This document shows positions 1 through 10,800 of a DNA stretch of 64,000 bases, piece after piece. Below the pieces are notes generated by a model that was given only the letters and a program-made list of their open reading frames with translations, searched no databases and was not told the origin of the DNA. Each line of letters begins with the position of its first letter. Position 1 is the first letter of the stretch. Where the stretch lies: the IMG/VR virus record IMGVR_UViG_3300021255_002251; one strand, given 5' to 3'. The stretch comes from a virus (taxonomy: Duplodnaviria > Heunggongvirae > Uroviricota > Caudoviricetes). The position numbers and the translations under genes are program-made.

Positions 1-834
1 AACTTCCGAAATCCGAACAGTCAGTTTGCCTTCATAGTTAAGCGGCCTTAGATTGTCGGTAAAGATAGCGGCGGAATACATACCCGTCATGTCAGCGGGA
101 TCCCACACGTTTCTTAACTGGACCAAGTCGTTATGCCCTTCTATCGTTGCGGCCTTTACAAGCCTAGTCACCTTCTCGAAAGGAAACGAGACACCATCCA
201 GCAACGGGATATGCACAGCATTGGGTTTCCTATATGCTGGCCTTCTCGTGAATGCAGACCATAGCAGCGGGTCTACCGATGAATGAGTTCCACCCTTTCG
301 TCCTACCCATCCGTCTATCGTAACTCCGGGAATAGGAATCACGTTCCCCTCCCTGCACTTTATCCAGCGCTTCCCGTCCTCCTGTCTTACGACGCTCCCT
401 CTATGGTAGGCATAAGTGTCGTTTACAGTATTGACGCCCTTCTCGTTGAAGCGCCAGCGATGCCCCATCGCCTTCGCCCTATAGTTCTCTATACCGACAT
501 ATGCCATCATCTTTATGTCGTCGAGAGTCGCATACCTACCTAATCTGCGCCAAATAACATCTAGTTTCGTCTGGTCCGCTTCCTCGATAGGATACTCATA
601 TCCCATCTGAAATCCGTTCTTGCAGGCATACACTCCATTACCGGACAGCCGCCCAAGTTGCGAAAGCCTAGTAAGCCCCTGCATCCAAGCTGCATTGTGA
701 ACATTGTCTTCTCCATAAGCAATCCTTTCGCTCGTGAGGCCCGATGCACTAGGGAACTGCATCGGCAGCGAGTCGAACACTTTCGGAGCGGAAAGGATTA
801 TGTCCGCAATCTTATCTGCCTGTTCTAGGGTCAT
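1..834 (-). CDS. Tail fibre-related protein, partial (runs off the left edge)
   Basis: Not in the ORF track. My translation from ATG at 834 (TAATG overlap with the upstream stop) gives MTLEQADKIADIILSAPKVFDSLPMQFPS..., open to base 1. Segments resemble the upstream fibre protein (AYHRGSVV..KRWI..N..PIP vs GYPKGAIL..REYI..NN..PLP). Confidence 0.6.
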   Translation of the reverse strand, partial: MTLEQADKIADIILSAPKVFDSLPMQFPSASGLTSERIAYGEDNVHNAAWMQGLTRLSQLGRLSGNGVYACKNGFQMGYEYPIEEADQTKLDVIWRRLGRYATLDDIKMMAYVGIENYRAKAMGHRWRFNEKGVNTVNDTYAYHRGSVVRQEDGKRWIKCREGNVIPIPGVTIDGWVGRKGGTHSSVDPLLWSAFTRRPAYRKPNAVHIPLLDGVSFPFEKVTRLVKAATIEGHNDLVQLRNVWDPADMTGMYSAAIFTDNLRPLNYEGKLTVRISEV

Positions 835-1643
835 TACTGAAGTTCCATTGCCTGAAGTTTGCTAATTGACACGTCGCAATATACCTGAGTGTCAGGCACT
901 GTAAAATACATACTGGAAAATACAAAGCGCAACAATGCTCCTGCGGACAGAGGAATGATGCAACTTGCCTTTTCTCCTAACAGACCGTCGAGAGGTTCGG
1001 CCACAACATACCAACCGTTAGCGAGACCTTCTCCTGTCATTTGAAGTGAAAGGCGCAAGTCCGCTAGGTCAAGAATGGACTTGAATTGAGTTCCGTTCGC
1101 TTGCCGAAACACCCTCTCTATGCAGTACCATCCCGTCTCTTCAATGGTCTTATCAACATGTGTGCTACCATTGTACCCAATTGGTCCGAGCGTGACACCT
1201 CCCACATGTGTACGATTCGCAAAGCTCGGATAGAAGGATACGGAATCCGTTGGTATCGTGGGCGCCCACCACTCGTTTCCTACATAGGTTCCATCCTCAT
1301 CTTCCGTCGGGAGGGGGTGTGTGTTGTTGTCTACCAGACTGATGTATTCACGGACACGATTGTTTTCCTGCGTCATCAGGATTGCGCCCTTGGGGTAGCC
1401 GCCAAACGACGATGGGTCTAGCCGTTCCCTGCCATACGGATAACCCACCCTATCAAGAAATGCTCCGAGCGTAGCGAGATACCCTATGCCATTCATCTGG
1501 TGCCTGGTGAACCTAGCCCCTCCGTTTTCCGCCGGAACCGTCATCTGGCGAGTTATCCCTGACTCGAAGAACGAAAAGTCCTTGGAGGAATCACTATCCG
1601 CGAACGGCGTAAGTACAAGAGGAACATTGTCAAAACTTGTCAT
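834..1643 (-). CDS. Tail fibre protein (Bcep781/PB1-type N-terminus)
   Basis: The N-terminal SGITRQMTVPAENGG..FTRHQMNGIGYLAT resembles the baseplate-anchoring fibre segment of this myovirus group, and the gene follows the DUF2612-like gene. Confidence 0.7.
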   Translation of the reverse strand: MTSFDNVPLVLTPFADSDSSKDFSFFESGITRQMTVPAENGGARFTRHQMNGIGYLATLGAFLDRVGYPYGRERLDPSSFGGYPKGAILMTQENNRVREYISLVDNNTHPLPTEDEDGTYVGNEWWAPTIPTDSVSFYPSFANRTHVGGVTLGPIGYNGSTHVDKTIEETGWYCIERVFRQANGTQFKSILDLADLRLSLQMTGEGLANGWYVVAEPLDGLLGEKASCIIPLSAGALLRFVFSSMYFTVPDTQVYCDVSISKLQAMELQ

Positions 1644-1651
1644 GTGTTCTC

Positions 1652-3328
1652 CTAGATGCTATATGGATACCAGAGGTGAATCCCCGCATTTGATTCAGGC
1701 GAAGATGCCTCTATGATTGCCTGCAACGAGACTTCATTTCCCGTGGTGAACGTTGCATTGAATGTCCGCCACTTTCCATTCACCAGAATCGACGTGCCTG
1801 TCCCGTAGGTGGTGTTAGGCTGCGGAGTGATTGCAAGACTATACGGGACTACCTGGCAGTTGTTCAATCGCGCCACCCTAGCGAACGATTTGAGATGGGC
1901 TTCCATTGACGAGGTGTCCGCTCCATAATAGTTCACGTTGGTTCCGCCAGTTAAGTCAGCTATTGGATTGTCATCTTCGCCAGACCAACTCAAGAACAAG
2001 TAAATGTTCCTCGTGTTCTTGAATATCTTGACTAGCCCATTCTCCAAGCCTAGGAACATGGTCTTGGGCGGAATCACAGAATACCATCCTTGAGAGTTGA
2101 CCGCTATCATCGAAATCGGATTGATCGCATACTTGCTATAGAGCGACCGCAGGTCCATGTAAGGCGGCGTCATCTCTCCAAAAGACTGGACGAGAGGGCC
2201 TCCGCCGTATGTCTTCTGCACATTCCCCTCTATCGCCTCAAACGACGTGTTTTCTTCTGAAGTTATGTCTTCTAGGCACACATAGTTGCAGCAGCTATAG
2301 TCGGTCAAGACATGCCCGAAGACCTGCCCTTTCTCGAAAGCCTTGTTCGGTTCATATCGTATGAAGTCCTGTCCATTGAACCCAAACACCCACCTTCCGA
2401 CAGGAATGTTGCTCTTGATTCCGAGAGGGAAGGGGCAGAAGTCAGAGAGACGCTGCTCGAACAGTAGTTTCTGGTCTCTGTGCATCTCATCATAGTATGC
2501 AGACTTGCCGTATTCCATAGACAAGTCTTCGTTGTCGGTGAGCATCACTCCGCATTTCCGCCGTCTGGTCGCTACCGCTCGTATCGTGGTTTCACCGAAT
2601 TCATATTCAACAGTTATCGAAAGTGAATTGTTCGGAGCTCCGCCTATCTTGCGGCAGATTCCCTCTGGGTCGTAGAGCTTTAGCAAGAGCGTTTCGTCAT
2701 CTGCCACTCCATTTGTCGGCTCATTTGTGGAAACAACATAGTCGGCTATCGCATCAAACGACGTGTTCTCCGCCTTGGATATGTCCCTTGTGCATTTCCA
2801 GTTGCGAAGTATTCCCTCCTCTAGCCTGTCATACGAGAATATGTCGCCCTTGGCATAGGCGATTCCGCTCTTGTACACGTCGTTAAGTTCGTCTATGTTC
2901 GTTGTCCATCCGTATTCGCTAACGTACACAGACCACTTTGACAGGTTCTCTTCTCCTCCAACCCCGAACACGATTTCGAGATACCCAAGTATGTCGTCGA
3001 ACGAACTGCTGGTCTTCATCAGATAGAAAGCGCCCTTGAGGATTCGCCTGTATACTGACGTGACAATGAGACGGTCTTTCCCGTCTTCGTCCTTCACCGT
3101 AGGTCTTGGCACTCCGAGGAAGATTCCCCATACGGAACATCCAAATGCACCGCAAGTGTCTATTGCCAGAACCTTCTCCGTCCAGAACTGCCAGAACTGC
3201 TCCACGGCGCAATGGTAGAGAACCTGCATATGCTTCATCACGGACAATAGCCGAACAGCCCGGTCATACTGCCACAGGACGGTCTTGCCAAGGTTGTTCA
3301 GCGAATTGTCTATCTCGTGAATCTTCAT
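1652..3328 (-). CDS. DUF2612-like baseplate wedge protein with inserted/extra modules
   Basis: N-terminal LWQYD..RLL...FW...VLAIDTCGAFGCSVWGIFLGVPR is DUF2612-like; it sits directly downstream of baseplate J. Confidence 0.75.
   Translation of the reverse strand: MKIHEIDNSLNNLGKTVLWQYDRAVRLLSVMKHMQVLYHCAVEQFWQFWTEKVLAIDTCGAFGCSVWGIFLGVPRPTVKDEDGKDRLIVTSVYRRILKGAFYLMKTSSSFDDILGYLEIVFGVGGEENLSKWSVYVSEYGWTTNIDELNDVYKSGIAYAKGDIFSYDRLEEGILRNWKCTRDISKAENTSFDAIADYVVSTNEPTNGVADDETLLLKLYDPEGICRKIGGAPNNSLSITVEYEFGETTIRAVATRRRKCGVMLTDNEDLSMEYGKSAYYDEMHRDQKLLFEQRLSDFCPFPLGIKSNIPVGRWVFGFNGQDFIRYEPNKAFEKGQVFGHVLTDYSCCNYVCLEDITSEENTSFEAIEGNVQKTYGGGPLVQSFGEMTPPYMDLRSLYSKYAINPISMIAVNSQGWYSVIPPKTMFLGLENGLVKIFKNTRNIYLFLSWSGEDDNPIADLTGGTNVNYYGADTSSMEAHLKSFARVARLNNCQVVPYSLAITPQPNTTYGTGTSILVNGKWRTFNATFTTGNEVSLQAIIEASSPESNAGIHLWYPYSI
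2225..2885 (-). repeat. Two diverged ~45-aa modules inside the DUF2612-like gene (about 2740-2885 and 2225-2362)
   Basis: YKSGIAYAKGDIFSY...WKCTRDISKAENTSFDAI vs YEPNKAFEKGQVFGH...YVCLEDITSEENTSFEAI; DNA core cgc(a/c)tcaaacgacgtgtt is shared. Confidence 0.8.
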
Positions 3329-3345
3329 CCAACATCTACCCCCGT

Positions 3346-4602
3346 CTAGGTGATTTCGGTGATAGAAATGTTGTCGGCTATGGCATACGGAGTCTCATAG
3401 CCCATCATCTCCACGGAGTTGTCGGCGGGAATGTTGCTACCCTCCTTCTGCAGCCACACAGTCCCGATGCCGATGTTAAGGCGGTTGATGAGCTCGTTGG
3501 CTATCATCGTGCCGTACACGGTTCCGCCTACCCCTACGGAATCCACGTATTCGGAAATGACTTCCGCAATGTCGTTCGAGATGTTGTCTCCCGTGTACTT
3601 TCCGAATGAGTACGTGAGGTCTACCATGATGGCGGTTTTCTTCGCCTTGTAGAAATGGATAGTCTGCGAATAGCCGTTGTTGTATCCGTACTTCACCTCT
3701 CTGCTTATGAGAGTTGCTGCGGTAACGCCCTCATGCACCATTCCAACACCGATTGGCTTGGCCCTCGAAACTTCCTCCGCAATTTCGGCGAGAAGGTCGT
3801 TGGTTTCAATGCAGTCTATCCCGACAAATATGGAGTGCGGCGGAATCACAATGTCCTTCTTCACCATGTCGGTGCCGGTGTTGTTCTCGAGAATGCAGTT
3901 AGAGTAAACTCCGTCTAGCCTATTCAATGCGGAAACAAGGTGAGTGTTGAAACCAATTCCTACTGGGCGGGAAGTCATTATGCGGTTGCGGAAAGCCTCG
4001 TCCGTCTCTATGTCAGTACCGGTGTAAGTAGGGCTAATGTTCGTCACTCCGTTCCATCCCATCACGGAAGTCTGAATGGAGTTGACTGTACCCGCTGGTG
4101 CAACGATAGGTCCAGTCTGCGTTGCAGTTGCGGTGCCTATAGCGTAGTGCCGGCCCGTTGATTCCTCAACCTCGGCTCCAGTGTTGGTTATGGCGCTGTC
4201 GATGCTGAACATCTTTCCGTTTGAAGTGCTCATTATGAGAGAGCCAGCGGGAATAGTGGTCGTGCCCGTCACGTTGTCGGAGAAGTAGCACTTGATAGTA
4301 ATCTTGGTCTTTGTACCTGCTATCCGCTTCAAGTCGTATATCTGGGCTATCGCATCGAGATAGATTCCAGTAGCCTCGTTCACATTGAACTGGTTTGCGG
4401 TTTGGGCGGTAACGCCAAGAGTGGTCTTCACCACAACTGCGAAAGCTTCGATGAGACGTCCAACGGGAGTCTCGGCTGACAGGTCTATGTCCGTACCGAA
4501 TATCTCCTGAAACTTCTTCTGAATCCCTAGAAGAACGGACGAATCATTCGGGACGATTATGCCCGTACTCGTCTGGAAGTTGTATAGGTCGGTGTAGTCC
4601 AT
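3346..4602 (-). CDS. Baseplate J-like protein
   Basis: FGTDIDLSAETPVGRLI..., ATGIYLDAI, GPIVAPAGTVNSIQTSVMGWNGVTN, ETDEAFRNRI are typical baseplate J/gp47 motifs. Confidence 0.9.
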   Translation of the reverse strand: MDYTDLYNFQTSTGIIVPNDSSVLLGIQKKFQEIFGTDIDLSAETPVGRLIEAFAVVVKTTLGVTAQTANQFNVNEATGIYLDAIAQIYDLKRIAGTKTKITIKCYFSDNVTGTTTIPAGSLIMSTSNGKMFSIDSAITNTGAEVEESTGRHYAIGTATATQTGPIVAPAGTVNSIQTSVMGWNGVTNISPTYTGTDIETDEAFRNRIMTSRPVGIGFNTHLVSALNRLDGVYSNCILENNTGTDMVKKDIVIPPHSIFVGIDCIETNDLLAEIAEEVSRAKPIGVGMVHEGVTAATLISREVKYGYNNGYSQTIHFYKAKKTAIMVDLTYSFGKYTGDNISNDIAEVISEYVDSVGVGGTVYGTMIANELINRLNIGIGTVWLQKEGSNIPADNSVEMMGYETPYAIADNISITEIT

Positions 4603-4635
4603 GGTCGTTCAATTATTGCCCTAAAGGAAACGAAA

Positions 4636-6090
4636 TTACACCCAGTGAGCAGATACTTCATTGTAGTTCAATGAATGCCCGTTGACAGTCGTAGTTCCAG
4701 AGAAAGACGATTCTCCGCTAACCGAAAACTTCCCGGATATTTTAACCTGCTCTCCGGTTATCGCAACTTCCTTTTTGGCGTTTATTCTGATGTTGGCTTT
4801 CTCTGCCTCCAGACTGATATTAGCATTCTCTCCCTTTGATTTCACCTCGATATTAGCGTCCTTCGAAAGAGTGTCAACCTTTATGCTTGCGCCTTTCTTC
4901 TTCGCCATAATCGTGACATCTGAGGCCGTCACGAGATTTATCGCATTAGGCGCAGTAAGGTTAATCTTCTGCCCAGCAGCAAGATTGATTGTCTCTTCAG
5001 CAGATGCAGATACTGTTTTCGCAGCCACAGATGCCGTCTCCTCCGCAACTACCCTTGCTTCCTTTGCTGAAACATAGGCGTGCTCCGCACCCTTGATGTT
5101 CACGTCCTTCTGGGAGAAGATGTTCACCGCATCTGTCGTGTGGACATCCAACTGCCCATTCTCGAACGTCATGCTCACGGTCTTCTTGTTCTCTATGTCC
5201 ATGAGCCTCATCGTGAACTGATCTTCCTGCACGGAAGCGATGAAGTTTAGATTGTCCTTCGGATTGTCCTGACGTATGACGATTCCAGATTCCGTCCCTA
5301 TCGTTATGGAGGCATCTATCGGAGTGTCTTCCGTCATGTCGCTCACGGCGATTTCAACGGTGTCTCCAACTACCGAAACTTTGGAGGTGCGGCTACGCCC
5401 CTTTGCGTCATCTGGCTTTGTCTTGGTGCTGGATAGGACATAGGCTCCTCCACTTTTCTTCAGGACAATGGAAGAAGTCGTCTTCTGCTCATACCCATCT
5501 CCTTTCTGACCGCCGGCATCATCCTCATCTTCCGTGTCTATTGAAGAGCCGATATACAAGGCATCACCGATGGCCACTCCTGGGCTATCCTTGAAACGAT
5601 GTGTTTCCCATTTGCCCCAGTTGTCGGGAAGGAAGAATCCGTGCGACTGCGAGTTGATTATAGGTGTGTTTGGCTTCTGCTGGTAGGAATCCTCTATGAG
5701 AGAAATACCGCGATTTCCTTCGAGAACGGAGTTGGTAAGTCCTCCCTCTCTCTTTAGAAGCATAGTGTCTCTGTCGCTTGCAAACACCCATCCGGTATCG
5801 CCTATGTAGAGAGGGAAGTCTATGGTAAATCCGCCAGCCTGTATGTTCCTTACGGTTGTCTCGAAAGTCATCCTGCGGAGATATGTCCATTCGCCGTTGT
5901 AGAAAGCCTGCTTGACGAGCGGCATCACAATCGCCTTGTGCGTTGTCCTGTCGAAGGAATACACGCAGCAGGGGAAGCAAAACCTCATGCTCCTCATTAG
6001 CCCTTCTCCGAATGCCGTCATTGCAACCCGAAGGTCATTCGGGGCCATCGGAAAATCTGATACCGTAACTGGGGCCTCATCGTCTATCAT
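4636..6090 (-). CDS. Baseplate central spike / puncturing protein (Gp138-like N-terminus, long beta-helix)
   Basis: P..VYSFD....V.PLV...AGGFTIDFPLYIGDTG....DRD is a Gp138-like N-domain; the C-terminal half is repetitive and beta-strand rich. Confidence 0.8.
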   Translation of the reverse strand: MIDDEAPVTVSDFPMAPNDLRVAMTAFGEGLMRSMRFCFPCCVYSFDRTTHKAIVMPLVKQAFYNGEWTYLRRMTFETTVRNIQAGGFTIDFPLYIGDTGWVFASDRDTMLLKREGGLTNSVLEGNRGISLIEDSYQQKPNTPIINSQSHGFFLPDNWGKWETHRFKDSPGVAIGDALYIGSSIDTEDEDDAGGQKGDGYEQKTTSSIVLKKSGGAYVLSSTKTKPDDAKGRSRTSKVSVVGDTVEIAVSDMTEDTPIDASITIGTESGIVIRQDNPKDNLNFIASVQEDQFTMRLMDIENKKTVSMTFENGQLDVHTTDAVNIFSQKDVNIKGAEHAYVSAKEARVVAEETASVAAKTVSASAEETINLAAGQKINLTAPNAINLVTASDVTIMAKKKGASIKVDTLSKDANIEVKSKGENANISLEAEKANIRINAKKEVAITGEQVKISGKFSVSGESSFSGTTTVNGHSLNYNEVSAHWV

Positions 6091-6095
6091 GGAAC

Positions 6096-7019
6096 TTAAT
6101 CATCCTCTCTTGCGGAGCAGAAGTATCTGGTGTACCACTCCTGCCCCATAAAATGCCCCACATGCTGCTTCTTCACAATGTAGTATTTGCCGTTCGCCTG
6201 CTGGTTAAGCTCGCTTTTCAGGTCGAGGTGGCAGAGCTGATCGGAGATGCGCCCGTCCAAAAAGGTGGTGATGCATCCGCTAACCGCATCAACTCCTGTG
6301 ACGGAAAGGAGACCGCTATCCTTGTTTACCTTCACAATGTCATGCTGGACCTTTCTTTCCGCCTTGTCCAGACATTCTATGATTCTCGTCTTGTCTGACT
6401 TGTAGGAGCGGAGAATGAACTGCACCTTGTCTGATAAACTAGATGTAAGTTTAGCAATCACAGAGCTCAAGGTAGCCTTGTCTCCAAAATCAATTGACTT
6501 GGGCTCATTGTCGCTACTGATTAATTGATCCTCCGTGTTGTCTTCCCAGTCGAATTCTACCCCTTCCGTATCGGAGAACACATCACATATCGTTTGAAGA
6601 ATCTGCCTCATTGTAGAATTAGTAGCGGGAGGGACGATTGCTTCCCGACCGCCGAGAGGGTTATATTCCGACACTTTTAAGTTAAGCCACATCTGCGGTG
6701 GGGAGGTTACGCTCGCATACCATGCAAACCCATTAAATATCTCCACCATCCCGGCAGGGGAGAAGTACCCTGCATCCAGTTTGACGGGAACCAACTGGCT
6801 CAATGCATCGCCTCTCGGCATCGCTGCGAGAGATATGAACTCATGTATTGTCTTATGTCCAAGCCCGAGAATGGAGAGTGTTCCCTCTCTCGCCGTCTGC
6901 CCTCTGGCATACGTCACGTCAAACTTGATGTCCATCGCAGGCTTTCCGTCTTCAACCTCGAACGTCTGGTCTCCGATTGTTAGCCTGTATTTTCTTCCGA
7001 AATAGAGAGCATTAGCCAT
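6096..7019 (-). CDS. Baseplate hub protein
   Basis: FGRKYRLTIG...DIKFDV...GTLSILGL...VKLDAGY...IFNG pattern, position between small baseplate genes and spike. Start moved to the ATG at 7019. Confidence 0.7.
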   Translation of the reverse strand: MANALYFGRKYRLTIGDQTFEVEDGKPAMDIKFDVTYARGQTAREGTLSILGLGHKTIHEFISLAAMPRGDALSQLVPVKLDAGYFSPAGMVEIFNGFAWYASVTSPPQMWLNLKVSEYNPLGGREAIVPPATNSTMRQILQTICDVFSDTEGVEFDWEDNTEDQLISSDNEPKSIDFGDKATLSSVIAKLTSSLSDKVQFILRSYKSDKTRIIECLDKAERKVQHDIVKVNKDSGLLSVTGVDAVSGCITTFLDGRISDQLCHLDLKSELNQQANGKYYIVKKQHVGHFMGQEWYTRYFCSAREDD

Positions 7020-7031
7020 GAACCGCACCAC

Positions 7032-7379
7032 CTATAGGCTATCGTCCGTGACTGGGATTCCCGCTTCAAGGTCGGCTATCTCACTCGCCCTATACGACAT
7101 AAGCCTGAATTTCGTATTGAACTCCTCATACCACACATAGTCTTCCTCGTCGGACTTGTAAGTCTCAAACCGAATGTTGCCAATGCTATTCGTCATGTAT
7201 TCGGGTATCAGCCAGCGATTTGGCATTATCCTCTTTGCACGGATAAGGTATTCCCCCTGCCGCGACACATCCACATACATCAGCCCCCTAAATGCGAAGA
7301 AGTGGAACATGAACGTCTTGCCGCTTATCGAGAAGGAAACGGTCTGGTCTTCAACTCTCTCTATGTACCTCTGCGTCAT
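7032..7379 (-). CDS. Small baseplate protein
   Basis: 115 aa; conserved size and position after the tape measure in this phage group. Confidence 0.55.
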   Translation of the reverse strand: MTQRYIERVEDQTVSFSISGKTFMFHFFAFRGLMYVDVSRQGEYLIRAKRIMPNRWLIPEYMTNSIGNIRFETYKSDEEDYVWYEEFNTKFRLMSYRASEIADLEAGIPVTDDSL

Positions 7380-7396
7380 TCGAATTGTCCCCAGCG

Positions 7397-7819
7397 TTAG
7401 GATTGGGTCTTGTTGTGTTCCAGATACTCTATCATCGAAACCCTTATCTCCATGCCGTCGTACCTGTTGGATTCTCCAACCTCTTCGAGCGATTCTATGA
7501 TCATGTTGTCTATGCTTCCTGACTTGGACTGGAACTGACAGATTATCTCGCTCAACTGGTTGCTCTTCATCTTTGCGCGAATCTTCCCGAACACGGACTT
7601 CTGCTCAACCTTGACTATCCCCGTGAACTGCACCGTGGACGGCTGCCTCACCTTGTTGTCGAACATCTGGAGCCCCTTCTCCGAAGGGGAACCGAGCATG
7701 GTGCAGTGGTTCTTCTCCGTGTAGTTCGTAGGGAAAATCTGAAGGAGAGGAACGCCCTTGATCGAGATGTAAACTGGGTTCACGCTACCCCTGCCGCCAT
7801 CTGAATTGAAGTCTGACAT
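7397..7819 (-). CDS. Baseplate / tail-tube initiator-like protein
   Basis: TMLGSPSEKG..MFDNKVRQP..V.FTG...NMIIESLEE...I.VSMIE pattern; first gene after the tape measure. Confidence 0.65.
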   Translation of the reverse strand: MSDFNSDGGRGSVNPVYISIKGVPLLQIFPTNYTEKNHCTMLGSPSEKGLQMFDNKVRQPSTVQFTGIVKVEQKSVFGKIRAKMKSNQLSEIICQFQSKSGSIDNMIIESLEEVGESNRYDGMEIRVSMIEYLEHNKTQS

Positions 7820-7860
7820 CGTTCTCTACCTCCTTCCTGCTTTCCTATGATATGCCTATT

Positions 7861-10800
7861 CTAGTAAGACCCCATCGACTTAGTTACGGATACGATTGTC
7901 TCCGCCGTCTTGTCCCTTATTTCGGAAGCACCTTGTACTGTACCCTTCTTCATCCCCTCCGCATCCATCGCCTTTTCTCCCTGAATGTTCTGTGTTATCG
8001 TCTGCCCGCCCATGTTGATGGTAATGTTCTGCTCATGCGAACCCGCACCGGCGCTTGTCGCTTCCTTGGCGCTCGCAGCCGCATTTTCAGCCGCCGCTCC
8101 CTTCTCCGCCATCTTCTGCGAAGCCTGCTCCGTCTTCGTCTGTGCGCTTTCCATCGCCGCAGTAGCCGCATCCGCCGCAGGAGCGGCTTTATTTGTGCCT
8201 TTCCCCTTCTCTGCCTGCTGCCCCTTCTTCTGTGGGTGAAGGGTGTCGTAGAGTTCCATGTTGGAAGCCACCTGTTCGTCTACCCGCTTCTTATAGTCCG
8301 CATCCGATTCTCCATCTTTCCTCTTGACGTTGGCCTCCGCCATCTCCCGATATGCAGCCTCTGCCGCTTCCCTCGTCATCTGCGGTTTTCTCTTCTTCTT
8401 CAGGGCTTCCTCTTCCTTGTAGTGGTCTCCCTTCATGAGATGGTCTAGCGTTCCGTTCTGCTCTGCCCTTCTGAACTGCCGCACCCTCTGTTTCCCGAAG
8501 TTCTTCTCGAGTTCCTTGTCGTTGTCGGCTATCCCGCCTCTCTTGATGAGGCTTCCCATGTATCGCAGGTCGGAATACTCCGCCAACGGACGCCTGTTCT
8601 TTGTCCTCTCTTTAATCCTCACTAGCCTTGCCGATTCCTTGTCCGCAGCATCTATGTCCGCCTGCTCTTCCTTGGTTGGCTTGTAAGGAGCATTGAGCGG
8701 CGTGTATTCCTTTGCTCTCCTAGCCCTTCCTGCCTTGCGCCCAACCTGGTCGGTATAGTTTTCGTAGGCTTTCTGGTCTGCCTCGCTAAGTTTCTCGCCC
8801 TTCTGAACCCGATTGCGGAGCGATATGAACTCCTTCGCATCTCCCTCATCTCCGAGATACTTCGCCGCCTCCTCTTCCGACACGTTCTTTGCCGCTTCAG
8901 CCCTCTGTGCTTTCCGTGCGGCTATCCTATCCTCGGCTCTCTTCTTCTTCTGCTCCGTCCTATACTCGGTGCCCTTCATGTATTCATTCTGGTCTTCTTC
9001 TGACATCTCGTTGAACGTCTTGCCGTGAATGAGATTGTTCCGCAGGACATCCTTTGAAAGCCCGGTCTGGTTGGAGAAGCGCGCTATGGCCTGTGCAAGA
9101 CCTATGTTTCTGTTTTCGTTGCGGAACTTTGCGAAGTCAGCCACCTGCTCATGCGTCATCTTCTGGCTCTCAGACCTAGTCATGCCAGCATCCCTGAACA
9201 GAGCCTCCGACCTCCTAGTTATCTCCGCCTGATCGGTTATCTCTCCGCCCTGCGATCCGTACATCTCCAACTGCTGCTGGTTCAGTCCCTTAAGGAACTC
9301 CTGCCGCTGCTCCTTCTTCGCCTCCGCCCTTACCTTGTTCTGGTCCCAATCCTTGTGTTCCTTTCCTAGCCGGTTCACCCTCTGCGCCATCTTCTCCTGA
9401 GCGCCTATACCTAGTTCGTCGCCTCTGGCTACATAGGTGTTAATCATGTTCTTGCTAACGTCTTTAGCACCCGCTTCCTGCCGTCCGAACGTCTGGATAA
9501 TCTCATCGTCCGTCATTATTCCGCCGGCATTCTTGTATGTGACCGCTATGTCGTCCGTGATGTTCTTGAGGAAGTTCTTCAAGTCCATCGGCTTGCCGTA
9601 CTTCTCCGAACCTCTCCTTTGGACATTCGCAAAGCCAAGCCCTTTCAACATCTCCATCGCCTTTGAATCGTCCGTGAGGAAGTCCTTGCTCTGCAAGACA
9701 GACATGTCGGGCAAGTCCATACCATGCTGCCCGAGGAGTTGGCTCAACTGCTCATACGATGCACCTTTTCTCACCATGTCCCTTATCGGCTTGACGAGAT
9801 TGATGAGAGAACCGCCAGAACCGGAAACGAAGTTAGTGCCTTGAGTAGCACTTTGCGTCCCACCACCTCCGCTCGCTCCTCCAGCACCACCTGCTCCTTC
9901 GCCTGACACCTGCCCCGCAACCGTCGATGCGGTTCCTATCGCAGTTAAAGCTAACATTCCCTTGTTGTTGGATAGCTTTGTGGATTCCGCAAGCTCATTC
10001 TTCATTATGTTGGCGGCTTGCTTCTTGGTGAACTTAGGAGCACCTTTAGTCACGACCCCCTTCCCGAGTTCCTTGCCGCCTTTATTCACTAGCCCTTTTG
10101 CGCCAGCCTTGACCGCTGCGCTGCCGGCTTTCACTCCTCCCTTCACTAGTCCGGCCGTGCCCATGGTAGCGGCTAGAGCGAGACTTTCTCCTCCTATTGT
10201 CGAGAAAACATCTCCCGTCCTCGTCATCCAGTCTTCATAGCCTAGGTCAACACTTTCCTTGCTGAATGGGCCATCCCAGAGGCCGAGAGTAAAAGCACTC
10301 CCAATGCTATTGACGGACTTTCCAAGCCCTTTTACAGCACCCTCACCAAACCCACTAAGCGCAGCCTTGGTGATTTCCCACCATCCTCCGCTCTCGCCAG
10401 TCGGCTTAGACCTCTCCCTAGCAGCAGCCTTCTTCTTCCGGAACTCTTCTGACTTCCGCTTATTCTCTTCCTGCTGCTTCTGCTTCTCCGTCTCGTTAAG
10501 TTCCTCCGCAGCTCCTGCTCCGCCGACCATCCCCTCCAGCGACTCAACTCCACTTCCCCCTCCGTTCCATGGGCCTGGCGGCAATGGAGTGCCACCTTCT
10601 CCACCAGTCCTGCCGCCTCCGCCCGCCGCTCCTTCTGGTGCTTCTTCTCCGCTTGCGCTCTTTGCAGCAAACAAACCAGCAGCTAGCGCCGCAATAGTGA
10701 GTATCCCGCCGAGCTTCCCTTTAGGCTTGATTTTTCCGAGCGCCTTGCCAGCACCGGCCGCTCCTGCTCCACCGCCAGCCGCCGCCGCTCCGCCTCCTAT

